Below are positions 63,332 through 64,000 of a stretch of DNA of 64,000 nt, in pieces. The DNA is from an uncultured Gemmatimonadales bacterium. GTDB taxonomy: Bacteria; Gemmatimonadota; Gemmatimonadetes; Longimicrobiales; Gaopeijiaceae. The notes under the pieces are model-generated. The model had not been told where the DNA came from, did not search any database, and saw nothing but the letters and a program-made list of their open reading frames with translations. Made by a program: the position numbers and the translations under genes. Location: the NCBI GenBank assembly GCA_963823035.1, contig CAWGKG010000020.1, positions 340,261 through 404,260 of the forward strand. Direction: 5' to 3'. Positions within the stretch are counted from its first letter, which is position 1; every line of letters starts with the position of its first letter.

Positions 63332-64000
63332 ATGTCGGACGAAGGTCACCACCACCACACCGAGGGCGCGCAGGAGCGCAGGCGGCGGGAGCGGAAGGTC
63401 TGGAGCATCGGGCTCCTCCTCTCCGTGCTCGTCCACCTCGTGCTGTTCATCGGGTGGAAGATGACCCCCATCCCCCTCTCCCCCTTCGCGGCCGCCGGCC
63501 CGCGCGCCGGCGACGACAGGGCCGCGGCCGGCTCGATGCACGCGTTGAACATCTCGACGCCTCCGGCCCGCAAGATCATCCGCCCGCCCAGGCCCCTCGC
63601 CGTCGCGATCGAGGTCGAGCCCGTGCAGTTCGAGATGGAGCCCGAGATCGACCCCGCCTCCGTCATCGGCGACGCGCCCGGCATGGGCAAAGGCCCCGGC
63701 CTCGCGGACGGAACCGGCAAGGGCGACGGCGGCAACGCGGCCGAGGGCCGCTTCCGGCTCAACCCACCCCAACCCCGCGGCATGATCATCCCGCCCGCGA
63801 ACAAGAGCCTGAAGGGGACGACCGTGGAGGTATGGGTGTTCGTGGACGCGCGCGGGAAGGTCGTTGCCGATTCGACGCGCCTCAACCCGCCCACGGGCGA
63901 CAAGGGGTTCAACCAGCGGTTGATCCGGGAGGCCAGCGAGTGGGTGTTCAGGCCGGCAACGCGGGGTGGGGAGGCGGTGGCTAGTTGGTTTCCTTATCAG
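63332..64000 (+). CDS. TonB-like energy transducer (runs off the window edge)
   Basis: Manual translation: TM GLLLSVLVHLVLF; Pro-rich linker; VWVFVDARGKV...WVFRPATRGGEAVASW. Confidence 0.72.
   Translation, partial: MSDEGHHHHTEGAQERRRRERKVWSIGLLLSVLVHLVLFIGWKMTPIPLSPFAAAGPRAGDDRAAAGSMHALNISTPPARKIIRPPRPLAVAIEVEPVQFEMEPEIDPASVIGDAPGMGKGPGLADGTGKGDGGNAAEGRFRLNPPQPRGMIIPPANKSLKGTTVEVWVFVDARGKVVADSTRLNPPTGDKGFNQRLIREASEWVFRPATRGGEAVASWFPYQ

Noticed and set aside
63346..63357. His run (HHHH) at the TonB-like N-terminus
   Set aside because: Too short to support a metal-binding claim
1..64000. CRISPR arrays, tRNA/rRNA, prophage or integrase genes
   Set aside because: No regularly spaced repeats, cloverleaf/rRNA signatures or phage/integrase motifs recognised by eye; tRNAscan/Infernal were not run

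Overview
A high-GC bacterial chromosomal segment. The gene content (three ADOP-type orphan permeases with PadR, a TonB-dependent receptor with a DUF4249-like lipoprotein, a wHTH/TolB-like regulator) suggests Gemmatimonadota or a related lineage; this is inference. Many genes are broken by single-base indels, most likely long-read assembly error, so frameshifted genes are listed as single CDS spans. Main content: ligD, cNMP-GGDEF, HDAC, TBDR, udk, an MntR/DtxR regulator, apaG, an M16 peptidase, acyl-CoA genes, a deoxyhypusine synthase-like gene, a form I aerobic CO dehydrogenase cluster (AYRCSFR motif), a LytS/LytTR pair, typA, a membrane MutS-like ATPase, DmpA and cyoE. Two observations stand out. 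(1) A MerB-like gene has an in-frame TGA at the second catalytic Cys, followed directly by a SECIS-like hairpin, so it is a probable selenoprotein that the ORF track truncates. (2) A ~5.07 kb integrase-free cassette (type IV minor pilins, pilC and a Cys-rich protein) is bracketed by a 574-bp direct repeat of host sequence, and both cassette ends carry apparent vestiges of an IS91-family rolling-circle transposase. No rRNA, tRNA or CRISPR array was recognised.
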